A DNA stretch of 57,107 nucleotides from a virus (lineage: Duplodnaviria; Caudoviricetes): IMG/VR virus record IMGVR_UViG_3300017774_005323, positions 1 to 57,107 of that record; one strand, written 5' to 3'. Each line of letters starts with the position of its first letter. The stretch's first letter is position 1. Positions 1 through 10,000 of the stretch are shown in pieces. The notes beneath the pieces are model-generated. The model was given only the letters and a program-made list of their open reading frames with translations, made no database searches and was not told the origin of the DNA. Made by a program: the position numbers and the translations under genes.

Positions 1-123
1 CGCGTGTAAGTACAAGCCGCGACAATCCAAAATACATAGACGGGGCCGTGCCTACGTTTTGGTTCGATGCTGATTATGGTGGATGGGTAGATCAGGATGA
101 ACCAGTACAATTTACAGATCCAC
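1..123. repeat. Terminal overlap, identical to 56985-57107 (circular assembly)
   Basis: Exact 123-bp match at both ends; an ORF reads in frame across the junction. Confidence 0.97.
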
Positions 124-2219
124 CTGTTAAGGGTGTTTTTTTAGAAGATTTGCGACCGCTCATTTCAGAAGTTGCCCTACTCAAACAGGGCTTTTGTGAG
201 ATTGGGTGGACGATTGAAGGGAATATATTTGATGCTGAATGGGTACGGCGGCGGTGGGCATATTTGCTTTCAAGGACTTTTTACAAAGCAAGCGTAGGAT
301 CATTAAAGGTCATAGGTAAGGCGGGTTTTGAACAATCCGCCTTAGGCGGTGCGGGCCTTGTGCCTATTTTCGATCAATTGATTTATGACCCATCGAATAG
401 CGCAATTTTACCAGGCGCGCCGGGCATATACGCGCCGTACATCGTTAATTCGCTGCCATACAAAGCCGAATACGAATTTTGCATTAGGGGCGAATTTGAC
501 AACACAAACGCGGTAGATGAAACCATATCGGTAGACATTTGGGAGTTCGATGGTTCAAATATCGTAACGGGTAACATTTTAGCAAAGGATCAAAACGTTA
601 GGACTTTAGCGCCGGGGCTTAGCGGATTTATTGAAATATGCACAACAGTTGTATTGAATCCGGGCCAAAGAGCCGGGGCGATCATTTCATTTATTGAAGT
701 TGGTAGCGCTATCAAACTGAAAAAGGGCTATTATTTTTCGGTTGACGTTACTCAAAAAACCCTTGTTCGTGGCGATACATTCAACATCACAAGCCTAATC
801 GACCCCGATTATACGCTTTGGCAATTGCTTTCGGGCTTTATGCGTGACATTAACGGTCGGGCGCAAACGGATTACACGAACTGCACAATCAATATTTACC
901 CGCAAAAGACGGCCAATATCTACGGCGAAAACGTGCCGGGCTTTATTTTTGATGAAAGGCAGCCCATCGACTTAACCGAAAAAACGGTACAAAAAAGCAT
1001 CCAGGTTAAGCCGATCAAAAACACGCTTACCCGTTACACGCGCTTACAATTCGCCACATCGACAGACGCATATATCGACAGCCTCGAACTTGTGGAGCCG
1101 CTTTATAGCCGCAAAATATTAAATGGTTTGGAGTTGCCCGATTCGGTAACGGAAATACAAAACCCGTTCTACGAACCAACAGCCGAAGGACAGCCCACAG
1201 CATTAAAGCAATACCAACTACTTGCAGGAACAGCGCCCAACCCTTCGCCGTACCTACCGCGTCTTTGGGACAATGTAAATGGTGAAATATCGTACAACAT
1301 CGGGCCGCGTATTTTCTACGCGTTTGGTAAGATTTTCCAGCGTCCGACCACAACAAGCCTTTATAATAGTCTATATTTTTACTTTGAAGGCACCGAAACG
1401 CGCAACCTCGGATATGCAACGCAAAAGCGAAGCATTGATATTTACCTTTCGCCGGGCGGTACGACAAAGCCAACGATAGACGGCACAATCGTATATGGGA
1501 AAGCCGAAAATGATCTATACGTTTTGTTTTACCTTGGATTAGGAATTCAAAACAAAAAGGGGTACACGGTGGATATGCTGGTTAAAATGACCCAAAGGGA
1601 CTATTCAGCATGGGACTTGCGAACGCGCTTTAAGTTCCTGCTTAATGGTTTTCCAGTGGTCGGGCTTGGAACGGCAATTAACGACTTCGCAAACGATGGA
1701 ACGTCTACGCCTTTGACATTGACAGTTGAGCCAGCCGAAACGGCATGTTGTGACGGGCCTTGTTCTTGCAGGTTTAACGAGTGCGAATATTACCAAGACT
1801 TTGGCGCTTTTGTAAGGCAAACTACCTTAGACGATATTGTAATAAGTTCTTTTAAAGTGGACGGTATAGAGCAATTGACCATTTCAATAGGCTTAGGCAT
1901 TTTAAATATTGTTTCCATCGGGGGCCGGGCTTATGTGACAAACTTGGTGGACGCGCTTAATAGCATTGGAGTAGATTACTTTTCGTTTTCCTATTCCCCA
2001 ACCGCTTACAGCCAAAAAACAGACGGGCGCTGGTTCAAAATAAAATACCCCGCTTGTCAAACATTTGAGATCATCTTAACCGATTCGGGCGGTGATATTT
2101 ACAAGTACACTGAAAGTTCGATGCTACAACAGTGGTTTGGTTCGGGCTATTCAGCATTCGGCTATAGTGGCGTTTTGTACAGTACGCCGCAAAATTGCAT
2201 TGAAACAGTAGAATACTAA
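1..2219 (+). CDS. 3' part of a ~881-aa tail tip/baseplate hub-like structural protein (starts at 56558)
   Basis: In frame with the ORF from TTG 56558; follows the tape measure and a 569-aa structural gene; Cys-rich C-terminal region. Confidence 0.65.
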   Translation, partial: RVSTSRDNPKYIDGAVPTFWFDADYGGWVDQDEPVQFTDPPVKGVFLEDLRPLISEVALLKQGFCEIGWTIEGNIFDAEWVRRRWAYLLSRTFYKASVGSLKVIGKAGFEQSALGGAGLVPIFDQLIYDPSNSAILPGAPGIYAPYIVNSLPYKAEYEFCIRGEFDNTNAVDETISVDIWEFDGSNIVTGNILAKDQNVRTLAPGLSGFIEICTTVVLNPGQRAGAIISFIEVGSAIKLKKGYYFSVDVTQKTLVRGDTFNITSLIDPDYTLWQLLSGFMRDINGRAQTDYTNCTINIYPQKTANIYGENVPGFIFDERQPIDLTEKTVQKSIQVKPIKNTLTRYTRLQFATSTDAYIDSLELVEPLYSRKILNGLELPDSVTEIQNPFYEPTAEGQPTALKQYQLLAGTAPNPSPYLPRLWDNVNGEISYNIGPRIFYAFGKIFQRPTTTSLYNSLYFYFEGTETRNLGYATQKRSIDIYLSPGGTTKPTIDGTIVYGKAENDLYVLFYLGLGIQNKKGYTVDMLVKMTQRDYSAWDLRTRFKFLLNGFPVVGLGTAINDFANDGTSTPLTLTVEPAETACCDGPCSCRFNECEYYQDFGAFVRQTTLDDIVISSFKVDGIEQLTISIGLGILNIVSIGGRAYVTNLVDALNSIGVDYFSFSYSPTAYSQKTDGRWFKIKYPACQTFEIILTDSGGDIYKYTESSMLQQWFGSGYSAFGYSGVLYSTPQNCIETVEY

Positions 2220-2228
2220 AAACGCACA

Positions 2229-2750
2229 ATGACAAACTTCGACATATTTACAAGGTTTCTTGCCTTGCACCCCAACCGCTCGGAAACATATAAGCCGACA
2301 CCCCAAAATTTGCATCGCTGGCAGTGGCATATTAGGCAGCGCGAACTTAGCCCGAAATACGCGAAGATGCACTTTGACTATACTTTGATCGAAGCAATAA
2401 GGCAGGAACGGGTGATTAAGGAGTTCAAAGACTTTCCCGTACTTTCTCAAATGTGCTACACTTACATCGCTACGATGTTTCCAGGCGAACAAGTCTATGC
2501 CTGTGGTTCACGGGTGCGCGGTGATTATAACGACGATAATAATGAAAGGGTGAACCATGCCCGTATACTTGCTGGCATGAAGCCTAACGCCGTTTCTGAT
2601 TTTGATTACTTTGTGCGCAAGGGGGCCGTACAACGCGGCATGCCACACGACAAGTTTAAATTTGATCGTATGCGGGTAAAATTACCGCTCGATGAAATGG
2701 TAAAAATTCCGATCTACCAACCAAAAATACAGCATGACATTCAACTTTGA
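2229..2750 (+). CDS. Pol-beta superfamily minimal nucleotidyltransferase-like protein
   Basis: VYACGSRVRGD...SDFDYFV matches the GS...DxD motif with an insertion. Confidence 0.65.
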   Translation: MTNFDIFTRFLALHPNRSETYKPTPQNLHRWQWHIRQRELSPKYAKMHFDYTLIEAIRQERVIKEFKDFPVLSQMCYTYIATMFPGEQVYACGSRVRGDYNDDNNERVNHARILAGMKPNAVSDFDYFVRKGAVQRGMPHDKFKFDRMRVKLPLDEMVKIPIYQPKIQHDIQL

Positions 2751-2979
2751 AAAGATCGCACCAGAATATGTGGACGTATTTTTAGAAATGGTCAAAAAAA
2801 ATCAGTGGTCGCAAATTGTGCGCTATATTGACAGCAACGGTTTATGTACTGAAAAAATAGGATGTTGCGGCGAAACAAACACGCTCAAACGTGCCATATT
2901 TCAATACTTTCCCGAAACACAAGAACATGGAAAACAATCAGCGCAAAAATCTACGACAGTGGTTACTATTGAGTATTGA
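2734..2979 (+). CDS. Hypothetical protein
   Basis: 81-aa ORF overlapping the upstream gene. Confidence 0.55.
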   Translation: MTFNFEKIAPEYVDVFLEMVKKNQWSQIVRYIDSNGLCTEKIGCCGETNTLKRAIFQYFPETQEHGKQSAQKSTTVVTIEY

Positions 2980-3163
2980 AACGCACATACAAATACACGG
3001 GCCAGGCGCTCGATCTATCTTTGTGGCGCAAGATGTGTACGATCATTTGAGAAAAAACCAGGCGCTAACCTTTGAACATGGCAAAGCCTACATTAAAGGA
3101 AATGGCAGGGTTATTGAAGTGGGTACAAATAGCAGCATTGATTTTTTAATAACTGTTATTTGA
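2927..3163 (+). CDS. Hypothetical protein
   Basis: ORF from ATG 2927 (MENNQRK), tightly packed with the next gene. Confidence 0.55.
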   Translation: MENNQRKNLRQWLLLSIETHIQIHGPGARSIFVAQDVYDHLRKNQALTFEHGKAYIKGNGRVIEVGTNSSIDFLITVI

Positions 3164-3164
3164 T

Positions 3165-3359
3165 ATGACCGACAGACAAAAAATAGCAGATTGGCTTTTT
3201 AAGGCAATGAAGCAAAATAAAAAAACCGTGAGCGATGTCACAAATATGACCGATATTTGTGACGAAAGAATAAGGGGTTATTTGATGGGCGTTGCTGATT
3301 TTGATTTAACCGAGTTAAAAAAGTTGTCGAGATGCTTGAATCAGTCATTGCCAATTTGA
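3165..3359 (+). CDS. XRE/Cro-like HTH protein
   Basis: 64 aa; AMKQNKKTVSDVTNMTDICDERIRGYLMG...LTELKKLSRCLN pattern. Confidence 0.65.
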   Translation: MTDRQKIADWLFKAMKQNKKTVSDVTNMTDICDERIRGYLMGVADFDLTELKKLSRCLNQSLPI

Positions 3360-3520
3360 AGCCTTGCAAACGAGCGCACTACTTTGTATATGCAACTTAC
3401 GAAAGCGCTTTTTATGCCACATTTGAGGCGCTTGCGCTTGATGGTACGATGTGCCAATTTTGGGATGAAGACGGCAAAGGCACGACATTCAAAATTGATC
3501 TTGCATATTCAGCAAACTAA
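3332..3520 (+). CDS. Hypothetical protein
   Basis: 62-aa ORF whose stop overlaps the next start (TAATG). Confidence 0.45.
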   Translation: MLESVIANLKPCKRAHYFVYATYESAFYATFEALALDGTMCQFWDEDGKGTTFKIDLAYSAN

Positions 3521-3807
3521 TGGACAAACAAAGATTCGAAAAAAACGCCGTTGCATTGTGTAGAAAGTTGCATATTTGCAGCGTTGAATCTTTTGCAGAT
3601 TTGCCGGAGGTGTTAAAGCGCTACTTTGAAACGCAAACTTATCTGGAAGTTACGCAATATTTGGTTTGGTGCGACAGAAACGACGGGTTGAGTTATGCGC
3701 AAGTTTCACAGCGTTACGGGTTGACACGGCGGCAAGTGATTTACACCTGTCACAAGTTCGACAAGTTAAAAAAAGTAAAGCGGGCAAGTATTGTATCGTC
3801 CGTTTAA
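3520..3807 (+). CDS. Mor/C-like transcription activator (putative late activator)
   Basis: C-terminal DGLSYAQVSQRYGLTRRQV HTH; lies directly upstream of the head operon. Confidence 0.55.
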   Translation: MDKQRFEKNAVALCRKLHICSVESFADLPEVLKRYFETQTYLEVTQYLVWCDRNDGLSYAQVSQRYGLTRRQVIYTCHKFDKLKKVKRASIVSSV

Positions 3808-3838
3808 AAAGTTGGCGTTTTTTATTGGTGAATGATAG

Positions 3839-3872
3839 AACGGCATCCGGGAAACTGGTTGTCGTTTTTTTT
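3839..3872 (+). terminator. Intrinsic terminator
   Basis: aacggcatccgg-GAAA-ctggttgtcgtt stem followed by a T run. Confidence 0.75.
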
Positions 3873-3955
3873 ATTGCGTTTTTTCTATACCAATTTTTGT
3901 AACACATATCTAACTAACTATATTAATTCATAACGAATGCCGTGACCTTTGCGGC

Positions 3956-4852
3956 ATGGAATTTAGCAACAAAAAAATAGAGCAACTTTTAACCTCGCAA
4001 CTATGGTACATAGATGAGGGATACGGCATTGCCGCTCTTAATTCCTACATACACGACATTTACCTACGCCAAAACGGATTTTCTGCAAACGAGATCGGTT
4101 TATCGGAACGTAGACACGCAAATAAAGCGCTTGTTTACAGCGCGGGCGTTCCGATCAATGATGCAAAACTGATTTACAATACTTCGCTTACCCCTGCCGG
4201 ATCAATCGCAGTTTTGAAATTATCGGGAGTTATGCGCTCCGAGGACGGTTTGAGCAGTAGCGGTATTGCATCGCTTGTTAACGATCTACGGGCTGCATAC
4301 GCAAACGAAAATATCACATCTATTATACTGGAAATCAATAGCGGCGGCGGTGAAGCAACAGCCGGGGCAATGCTTAAAAACGCTATTCAAGAACGGAACA
4401 AGCCTGTTATTTCATACGGGTGGACAGTAGCAAGCGCTGCATACATGGCAGCAGCCGCAACTGATGAAATAATCGCAGCATCCAACGATTCACAGTTTGG
4501 CAGCATTGGTGTTTTATTTTCTTTGAATAAGGGCTTTTTGGAAATGTACACTAATGAGCAGATCGACATTTACGCCGATCAATCAAGCCAAAAAAACGCC
4601 GCATTCCGGGCCGCTCAAAATGGCGACTTTTCAAAATACCAAAAACTTGCAACCGAACATGCCGCCGTTTTTCATAGCGAAGTAATGACAATGCGGACGC
4701 TCAAAGGAAACGAGGGGCGGATTAAATCGACACTTGATGGTTCCATGTTTTTCGCACAAGAAGCGAAAAGCCGGGGGCTTGTGGACAACATAGGAAACTT
4801 TAACCTTGCACTTGACCGCGCCCAAAGATGGGCAAAGAAAAAGCGCATGTAA
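3956..4852 (+). CDS. S49-family prohead protease
   Basis: ILEINSGGG, ASAAYMAAAATDEI, GSIGV and EAKSRGLVD motifs. Confidence 0.9.
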   Translation: MEFSNKKIEQLLTSQLWYIDEGYGIAALNSYIHDIYLRQNGFSANEIGLSERRHANKALVYSAGVPINDAKLIYNTSLTPAGSIAVLKLSGVMRSEDGLSSSGIASLVNDLRAAYANENITSIILEINSGGGEATAGAMLKNAIQERNKPVISYGWTVASAAYMAAAATDEIIAASNDSQFGSIGVLFSLNKGFLEMYTNEQIDIYADQSSQKNAAFRAAQNGDFSKYQKLATEHAAVFHSEVMTMRTLKGNEGRIKSTLDGSMFFAQEAKSRGLVDNIGNFNLALDRAQRWAKKKRM

Positions 4853-4864
4853 CACCAAAAAGCA

Positions 4865-5383
4865 ATGTGGAACATCGCAACATCTAAGTTTTACGCTGAT
4901 ATAATGACCAAATTAACGGCATTTTTCGGACTTGACCCCGAATCAGCAACGGAAGCCGAAATTGACCAGGCTTTGCAAAATGTAAAAAGCATTCCAGAAA
5001 TCGAAGCAGCCGCAACACTGAAAGCGCAAGCAGACAACGAAGCAAAATTTGCCGAAATTTCCGAACGCATGACAGCAATGGAGGGTTTAATCGAATCGCT
5101 CAAAGGCGAAAAAGAAGTAGCCGAACAAACAGCAATCGAATCAGCCGAAAAGGTTGCAGCACTTGAAGCAGAAAAAGAAACCAAGACAGCCGAAAATGCC
5201 GATCTGTCAAAAAAGATCGCAACGCTGGCAGGTGAAATTTCCAGTTTGAAAGCGGGCAAACCGATTGACAAAAACGAAGGCGACGGCGGCGAACAATTCC
5301 AGGGTAAAGTAACAAAAACGGGCGCTGTGGTACTTGGTGCATCTGAAATGGATGACCGCTACGGATTCAAAGCAGCGAAATAA
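4865..5383 (+). CDS. Capsid scaffolding protein (putative)
   Basis: Acidic Ala/Glu-rich coiled coil between protease and capsid genes. Confidence 0.7.
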   Translation: MWNIATSKFYADIMTKLTAFFGLDPESATEAEIDQALQNVKSIPEIEAAATLKAQADNEAKFAEISERMTAMEGLIESLKGEKEVAEQTAIESAEKVAALEAEKETKTAENADLSKKIATLAGEISSLKAGKPIDKNEGDGGEQFQGKVTKTGAVVLGASEMDDRYGFKAAK

Positions 5384-5416
5384 TAACAACAACGGGAAAC
5401 CAAAAAACTAAAACAC

Positions 5417-6697
5417 ATGCAAACATTTAACGGCTCGTTCCTTCCATCGGTTGTTGTTGGCAACGGCGGTATCGAACTTTCTGGCAGCGGCATGACGCGT
5501 ATGCTTAGCGTACCAACACGCAGCGCCTTAAACATCTTTAATAAAATTGCAATCCGGGAAACCAATTTGGCTACCGATGCTTTGGGCCTATACTCATTCT
5601 TGAAAGTAGGCACCGATAAAAAAGCGCGGGTTGCTTCAATGAAACCAGGCCAGCACCTTTTACGCGCTCGTACAAACGGGTGCGTATGGTCGCCTTCTGG
5701 CAAAATCCGTTTGAATACCGACGTATTCGATACATGCCCTGTTGAGTACATGGGCGAAGAATGCCCCGATGCTTTTTGGGGTGATTGCTTGGAGGGTATT
5801 TTCGGCACCGTGAACAACAACGATGTACGCGACTTGCAAGCGACTACCGAAACGCAAGCGTTTTTGCAATTGCTTTTGGACGCGGTTTATACCGGGCTTG
5901 GTAATTCTTTCAGTGCGTTGTACAATTTCGGTAACAGCACACTGATTACCAACTCCGACACGAATAGCCTGTGGTTGAACACTGGCACTTCGCCTGAGGA
6001 TTGGGCCAACTACAAAGCGCAACAAATGGACAGCGGTACATGTGCTGGTATCATTTCGCAATTGGATGGCCTAAAATCGCAGGGCGTTCCACAATTCGCA
6101 TTGAGCATTGCAAGCGGTGACATTTCCGCAACTGGCGATTACACTGGCGATATTCAAGACTTGATCGCACAACTTGAAAAAAACGCGAAGCCTGTTTTAA
6201 AATCAATGATTAAAAACGGCTACCGCATTGGAACACGCACGGTTCGCCCGATCTTGCTTTTGACTGAGGCGCTCTTTCGTTCTTTGGAAGATTTCTTAAT
6301 CAGCACAGGCGCAAGCGCGGGCGTTTCATGGGACTATACGCTTATGCGCGAAGACCCAAAAATGGCCCCAATGCCGGGCGTATTGAAGTACAAAGGTATG
6401 TACTGCGTTCGCTGGGATGAGGTGTCTACCTTTGATTCGATCACGGGCGTAGAATCGCACCGTGCAACAATCGTAGCGCCGGGCGGTTTCGGTATGGCTT
6501 ACGACGTAGATAGCATCCCGCTTTCACAGTTTGACGGCTTTGGCTTGGTTGTAACCCAGCAACTTGCAGCGCCTTTCTTGGGCAAAATGTACATGCACAC
6601 GACTTTCCGTTGGGGAGCGGCAATTGTAGACAGCGATTACATTGTAAGCGCATCCACAATATTGAACGCATCTACACGGGCGGTAATTAATCCATAA
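5417..6697 (+). CDS. Major capsid protein (putative)
   Basis: 426 aa; follows protease and scaffold. Confidence 0.75.
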   Translation: MQTFNGSFLPSVVVGNGGIELSGSGMTRMLSVPTRSALNIFNKIAIRETNLATDALGLYSFLKVGTDKKARVASMKPGQHLLRARTNGCVWSPSGKIRLNTDVFDTCPVEYMGEECPDAFWGDCLEGIFGTVNNNDVRDLQATTETQAFLQLLLDAVYTGLGNSFSALYNFGNSTLITNSDTNSLWLNTGTSPEDWANYKAQQMDSGTCAGIISQLDGLKSQGVPQFALSIASGDISATGDYTGDIQDLIAQLEKNAKPVLKSMIKNGYRIGTRTVRPILLLTEALFRSLEDFLISTGASAGVSWDYTLMREDPKMAPMPGVLKYKGMYCVRWDEVSTFDSITGVESHRATIVAPGGFGMAYDVDSIPLSQFDGFGLVVTQQLAAPFLGKMYMHTTFRWGAAIVDSDYIVSASTILNASTRAVINP

Positions 6698-6734
6698 TCA
6701 CAACCATATTTTTTAACTTTTAAAATCTAAAGAT

Positions 6735-7286
6735 ATGCCATGTGATGTAGTAGCGCTAAACAGCGCTGGAGCATGTACCCCTTCCGAGGGCGGTATTCAG
6801 TATTCTTACTATGTAAGTGCTGAATACATTACAGCGGTCGCAATAACGTCGGGCGTTATATCGGGCTTCACCATGTCCACAACGGGCAAATGGAAAAAGT
6901 TAGTAGCCGATGCTGACCGTACAAGTTCTTTCAACCAAACGGGCGAACGGTCAAACAACCGCTTACGGTATGTACAAGCATTGTTTTTGAAATTCGCGGG
7001 CCTTTCCAGCGTATTGAAATCAACAACTGACACGGCGGCTGCTTGTTGTCAACTTGTTTTCGTGCATGTGATGACAAACGGCGCTAGAATTGTGCAAGGA
7101 CTGGAAATTGATTCGGCAGCAACAGGTGGCTTCACTGTGAACAAACTGGAGCCAACTAAGTTAACGCCGTCGGTAATTTCCGACACAGCCGAAAACGAGG
7201 CACGGCACGAATGGAATGCAGGGGGCATAACAAAACTTCTTGCACCCTACACATCGTTAACTGATAGCGCGATCGAAGCGCTTTAA
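6735..7286 (+). CDS. Major tail tube protein (putative)
   Basis: N-terminal MPC...C...GGI pattern typical of Bacteroidota siphovirus tube proteins; 183 aa, beta-rich. Confidence 0.55.
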   Translation: MPCDVVALNSAGACTPSEGGIQYSYYVSAEYITAVAITSGVISGFTMSTTGKWKKLVADADRTSSFNQTGERSNNRLRYVQALFLKFAGLSSVLKSTTDTAAACCQLVFVHVMTNGARIVQGLEIDSAATGGFTVNKLEPTKLTPSVISDTAENEARHEWNAGGITKLLAPYTSLTDSAIEAL

Positions 7287-7296
7287 ACCCCAAACA

Positions 7297-7533
7297 ATGG
7301 CAACTTACAAGGTTAAAGAATGGGCTTTATATCGCTGGCCGCAACTGTTCACAACCGTAAATGATGTTCCGGTGACACTACACGGAAAAGATGAACAGGT
7401 GGAAATCGAAGCGGACGCAAACGGGCCAAAGCGCGTAGCAGTGAAAAAAGCCGCGACGCAAGAACAATTGAAACAACTTTTTGACGAAGGTCACCCCTTT
7501 ATTGAAAAGATCGAAACCCCTGCAAAGGGTTAA
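7297..7533 (+). CDS. Hypothetical virion-associated protein
   Basis: 78-aa ORF within the head operon. Confidence 0.6.
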   Translation: MATYKVKEWALYRWPQLFTTVNDVPVTLHGKDEQVEIEADANGPKRVAVKKAATQEQLKQLFDEGHPFIEKIETPAKG

Positions 7534-7592
7534 TAGAAGTCTTAAAAAACCGATAGTACAATTTTTTACAACCAGGTAAAGGCAATTGAACA

Positions 7593-9011
7593 GTGGCAAA
7601 TTGTTGCGATGAAACATTAACACAAGAGCAGATAGATAATGCTGCGATAAGTGGTAAAACACGCGGCGCGGTGCGTTCTGTTCAATTGCCCGAATTACCT
7701 GACCCAATCCCGAAAGAGATTGAGGATGCGGATTGGCTTAAAAAGTTCTTTGACCAATATAAATACGTTCCCTATGCTGGCACTACACGCGCAACGGGGC
7801 ATAGTTTACTGTATTGGTACATTATGCTTTCTAAGTTGTCCCCAACGCACGGCAGCGCGATTGGAAAGTTAGTAAAGTACGCATTTGGCGGCAAGGCTTA
7901 TTTTGAAAGATCAGAAGACCCCGAATACGATTTGGGTGAGGATGAAATCGAAATGACCCCAACGGAAAAGGCGAACTATTTGGCAGCGCTCAAAGAGTAT
8001 GTTTTGTTTTCGGGCGGCATTGTGAATTTCCATAAGTGGCTTGCAAAATCGCTAAAGGTAACGGGCAATGGTTGGGTTGAAATGTCCTATTCTGAAACGC
8101 TTGGTATTCAAAGGTTTTCATTGAAATACTTGAAACCTACAAGCGTAATGTACAAACTTACGCAGCCGGGCGAAATGCGCGTGGTGGGTATATCGCCGTA
8201 CTGGACAAACGAGTATTTGCAGGAAAACAAACCGCGTCACGTTCCGCTTTTCCCAAATTTTGTGAGCGATGAAATGGGCGTAAATCGCACCATTTTCCAC
8301 TTGAAAGAGGGCGAAGATGTGTGGTACGGAAAGCCTGACAGCGAAAGTGGGGACTTGTACAAATACCGAGAAGTTCAAGACGCGATTTATGTAATACGGC
8401 AAGCGGCGGGCAACTTTACAGGCCAAATGATAATCGAGGTTGAGGGCATCGAAGAATCAGACGACAACGACGCAAAAAGCCTTGGTTTTGACAGTTTTGC
8501 AGATCGGGTAGAACACCAATTTACCCAAAAAGGCAAAGACCCGCAAAGCGTACTTTTCACTTCGCGGCCAATGGGAGCAAAGGAAATGTTTATTTTCCAG
8601 GTGAAGCCAAACACAAACGAAGCGTGGTATGTGGAGATGGGCAAGTTAAGTGCTGAACACGTTTTGCGTTCGCATAAAGTAACGAAACGCTTTATGGCAT
8701 TCGACCAGGCGACAGGATTGGGCGGGCAAAACGCTTTCGTTGAAGACTACATTTTAAATGTGGAGCCTATCATTAAGGAACTTCGCTACAATGTTTTAAA
8801 CTTTACAAACGCGATCCTTACAGAAATTTGGAAGATAATCGGCAAAGAGGATTTAAACCAGTTTTCAGTTTCTTTTGAAAGTCCGGTAAAGGATATGGTT
8901 GAAATGTACACGGAAACACAAAAGAACGCACTTGAACAAAGCCGGGCCGTGTCTACAACTGGAAACGCTGGCAACGCTGCAAGCAATGACATAATCGAAA
9001 CGCAAGATTAA
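7593..9011 (+). CDS. Portal protein
   Basis: 472 aa; LSPTHGSAI, LKVTGNGWVE, IFHLKE...WYGKPD portal-like motifs. Confidence 0.8.
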   Translation: MANCCDETLTQEQIDNAAISGKTRGAVRSVQLPELPDPIPKEIEDADWLKKFFDQYKYVPYAGTTRATGHSLLYWYIMLSKLSPTHGSAIGKLVKYAFGGKAYFERSEDPEYDLGEDEIEMTPTEKANYLAALKEYVLFSGGIVNFHKWLAKSLKVTGNGWVEMSYSETLGIQRFSLKYLKPTSVMYKLTQPGEMRVVGISPYWTNEYLQENKPRHVPLFPNFVSDEMGVNRTIFHLKEGEDVWYGKPDSESGDLYKYREVQDAIYVIRQAAGNFTGQMIIEVEGIEESDDNDAKSLGFDSFADRVEHQFTQKGKDPQSVLFTSRPMGAKEMFIFQVKPNTNEAWYVEMGKLSAEHVLRSHKVTKRFMAFDQATGLGGQNAFVEDYILNVEPIIKELRYNVLNFTNAILTEIWKIIGKEDLNQFSVSFESPVKDMVEMYTETQKNALEQSRAVSTTGNAGNAASNDIIETQD

Positions 9012-9012
9012 A

Positions 9013-9675
9013 ATGGCTATTCTTTCAACAAATGACGTTATAAAATACGCTCCGGTACTTTCAAACTACCCGACAGCGAATATTTGCAATGTCATTTTGC
9101 AGATCGAAGAAGACTATATTTATACTTGTTTTGGTTCAAAGTTTTACGACTATATGGCCGCAAATTTGACGGTTATAACGAGCGTAACGGATTGGGAAAG
9201 CGGCACATCTTACGCGCTTAACGCCATTGTAGAGCGCAACGGTTGCCTATACAAGTCAACAGCGGCGGCAAATTCAAACGATCCGCTTACGGGCACAAAT
9301 TGGACGGCGGTTCAAAAATTTACCGTTGCCTGTTTGAATACGCTTTGGGATACTTATTTGTGCCAAATTTTGGCCCAAAAAACGTACTACCATTGCATTG
9401 TGTTTGACACCTGGACGGCGGGCGCAAAGGGTTTGACGGTGATTGAAGCGGACAATAATGGACAGCGAGATGCAAAGGTGAGCGAAATATCATTAATTCA
9501 GCAAAACGTTTTGCGTCAAATTGATCTTATTTCAGCAAATATGTTTCGTTGGATTCGCAAAGTAAAAGACGATGGAACATGTGTATTTGCTGACATTGAT
9601 CTTTGCGGGGTAGACTGCGAAAGTCCAAAAGTAGGCGCTCGTAGATGGGGACTAAAAAACGTAACAAAATATTGA
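9013..9675 (+). CDS. Head-tail adaptor with a CBM5/12-like insertion
   Basis: Follows portal; internal WESGTSYALNAIVERNGCLYKST...P.TGTNW segment. Confidence 0.6.
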   Translation: MAILSTNDVIKYAPVLSNYPTANICNVILQIEEDYIYTCFGSKFYDYMAANLTVITSVTDWESGTSYALNAIVERNGCLYKSTAAANSNDPLTGTNWTAVQKFTVACLNTLWDTYLCQILAQKTYYHCIVFDTWTAGAKGLTVIEADNNGQRDAKVSEISLIQQNVLRQIDLISANMFRWIRKVKDDGTCVFADIDLCGVDCESPKVGARRWGLKNVTKY

Positions 9676-9676
9676 A

Positions 9677-9982
9677 ATGACAAACGCATTCATTTTAAAA
9701 GCGCAACATTTTTTAGCCAAAAATCTACTTGTTGAATCTGAAACGACAGATCAAATAGCGAGTGAACGAATGTCTGTTTGTATGACTTGTGAGCATCGGA
9801 AAGAGCAGGAAAACAAATGTGGCGTTTGTTGGTGTTTTTTGGACTTGAAAACCAAGGCAGAAACAAATCTAAGCCCCAAAAAAGCAAGGACGGAAATAAC
9901 ACACTGTCCGCTTGGGAAATGGGGCGATCTTGAAATAGCAAACTTTTACCGCGTTTTGGACGGTAAACAACCAATTGAATAA
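9677..9982 (+). CDS. Cys-rich small protein (DUF6171-like)
   Basis: RMSVCMTC...KCGVCWCFLDLKT...HCPLGKW. Confidence 0.65.
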   Translation: MTNAFILKAQHFLAKNLLVESETTDQIASERMSVCMTCEHRKEQENKCGVCWCFLDLKTKAETNLSPKKARTEITHCPLGKWGDLEIANFYRVLDGKQPIE

Positions 9983-10000
9983 CAAATAAAACGAAAAAAC

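Noticed and set aside
3650-3907. Minus-strand 85-aa ORF over the candidate sRNA
   Set aside because: It overlaps the Mor-like gene and terminator, has no recognisable features, and the AAAACGC motifs lie inside it rather than before its start
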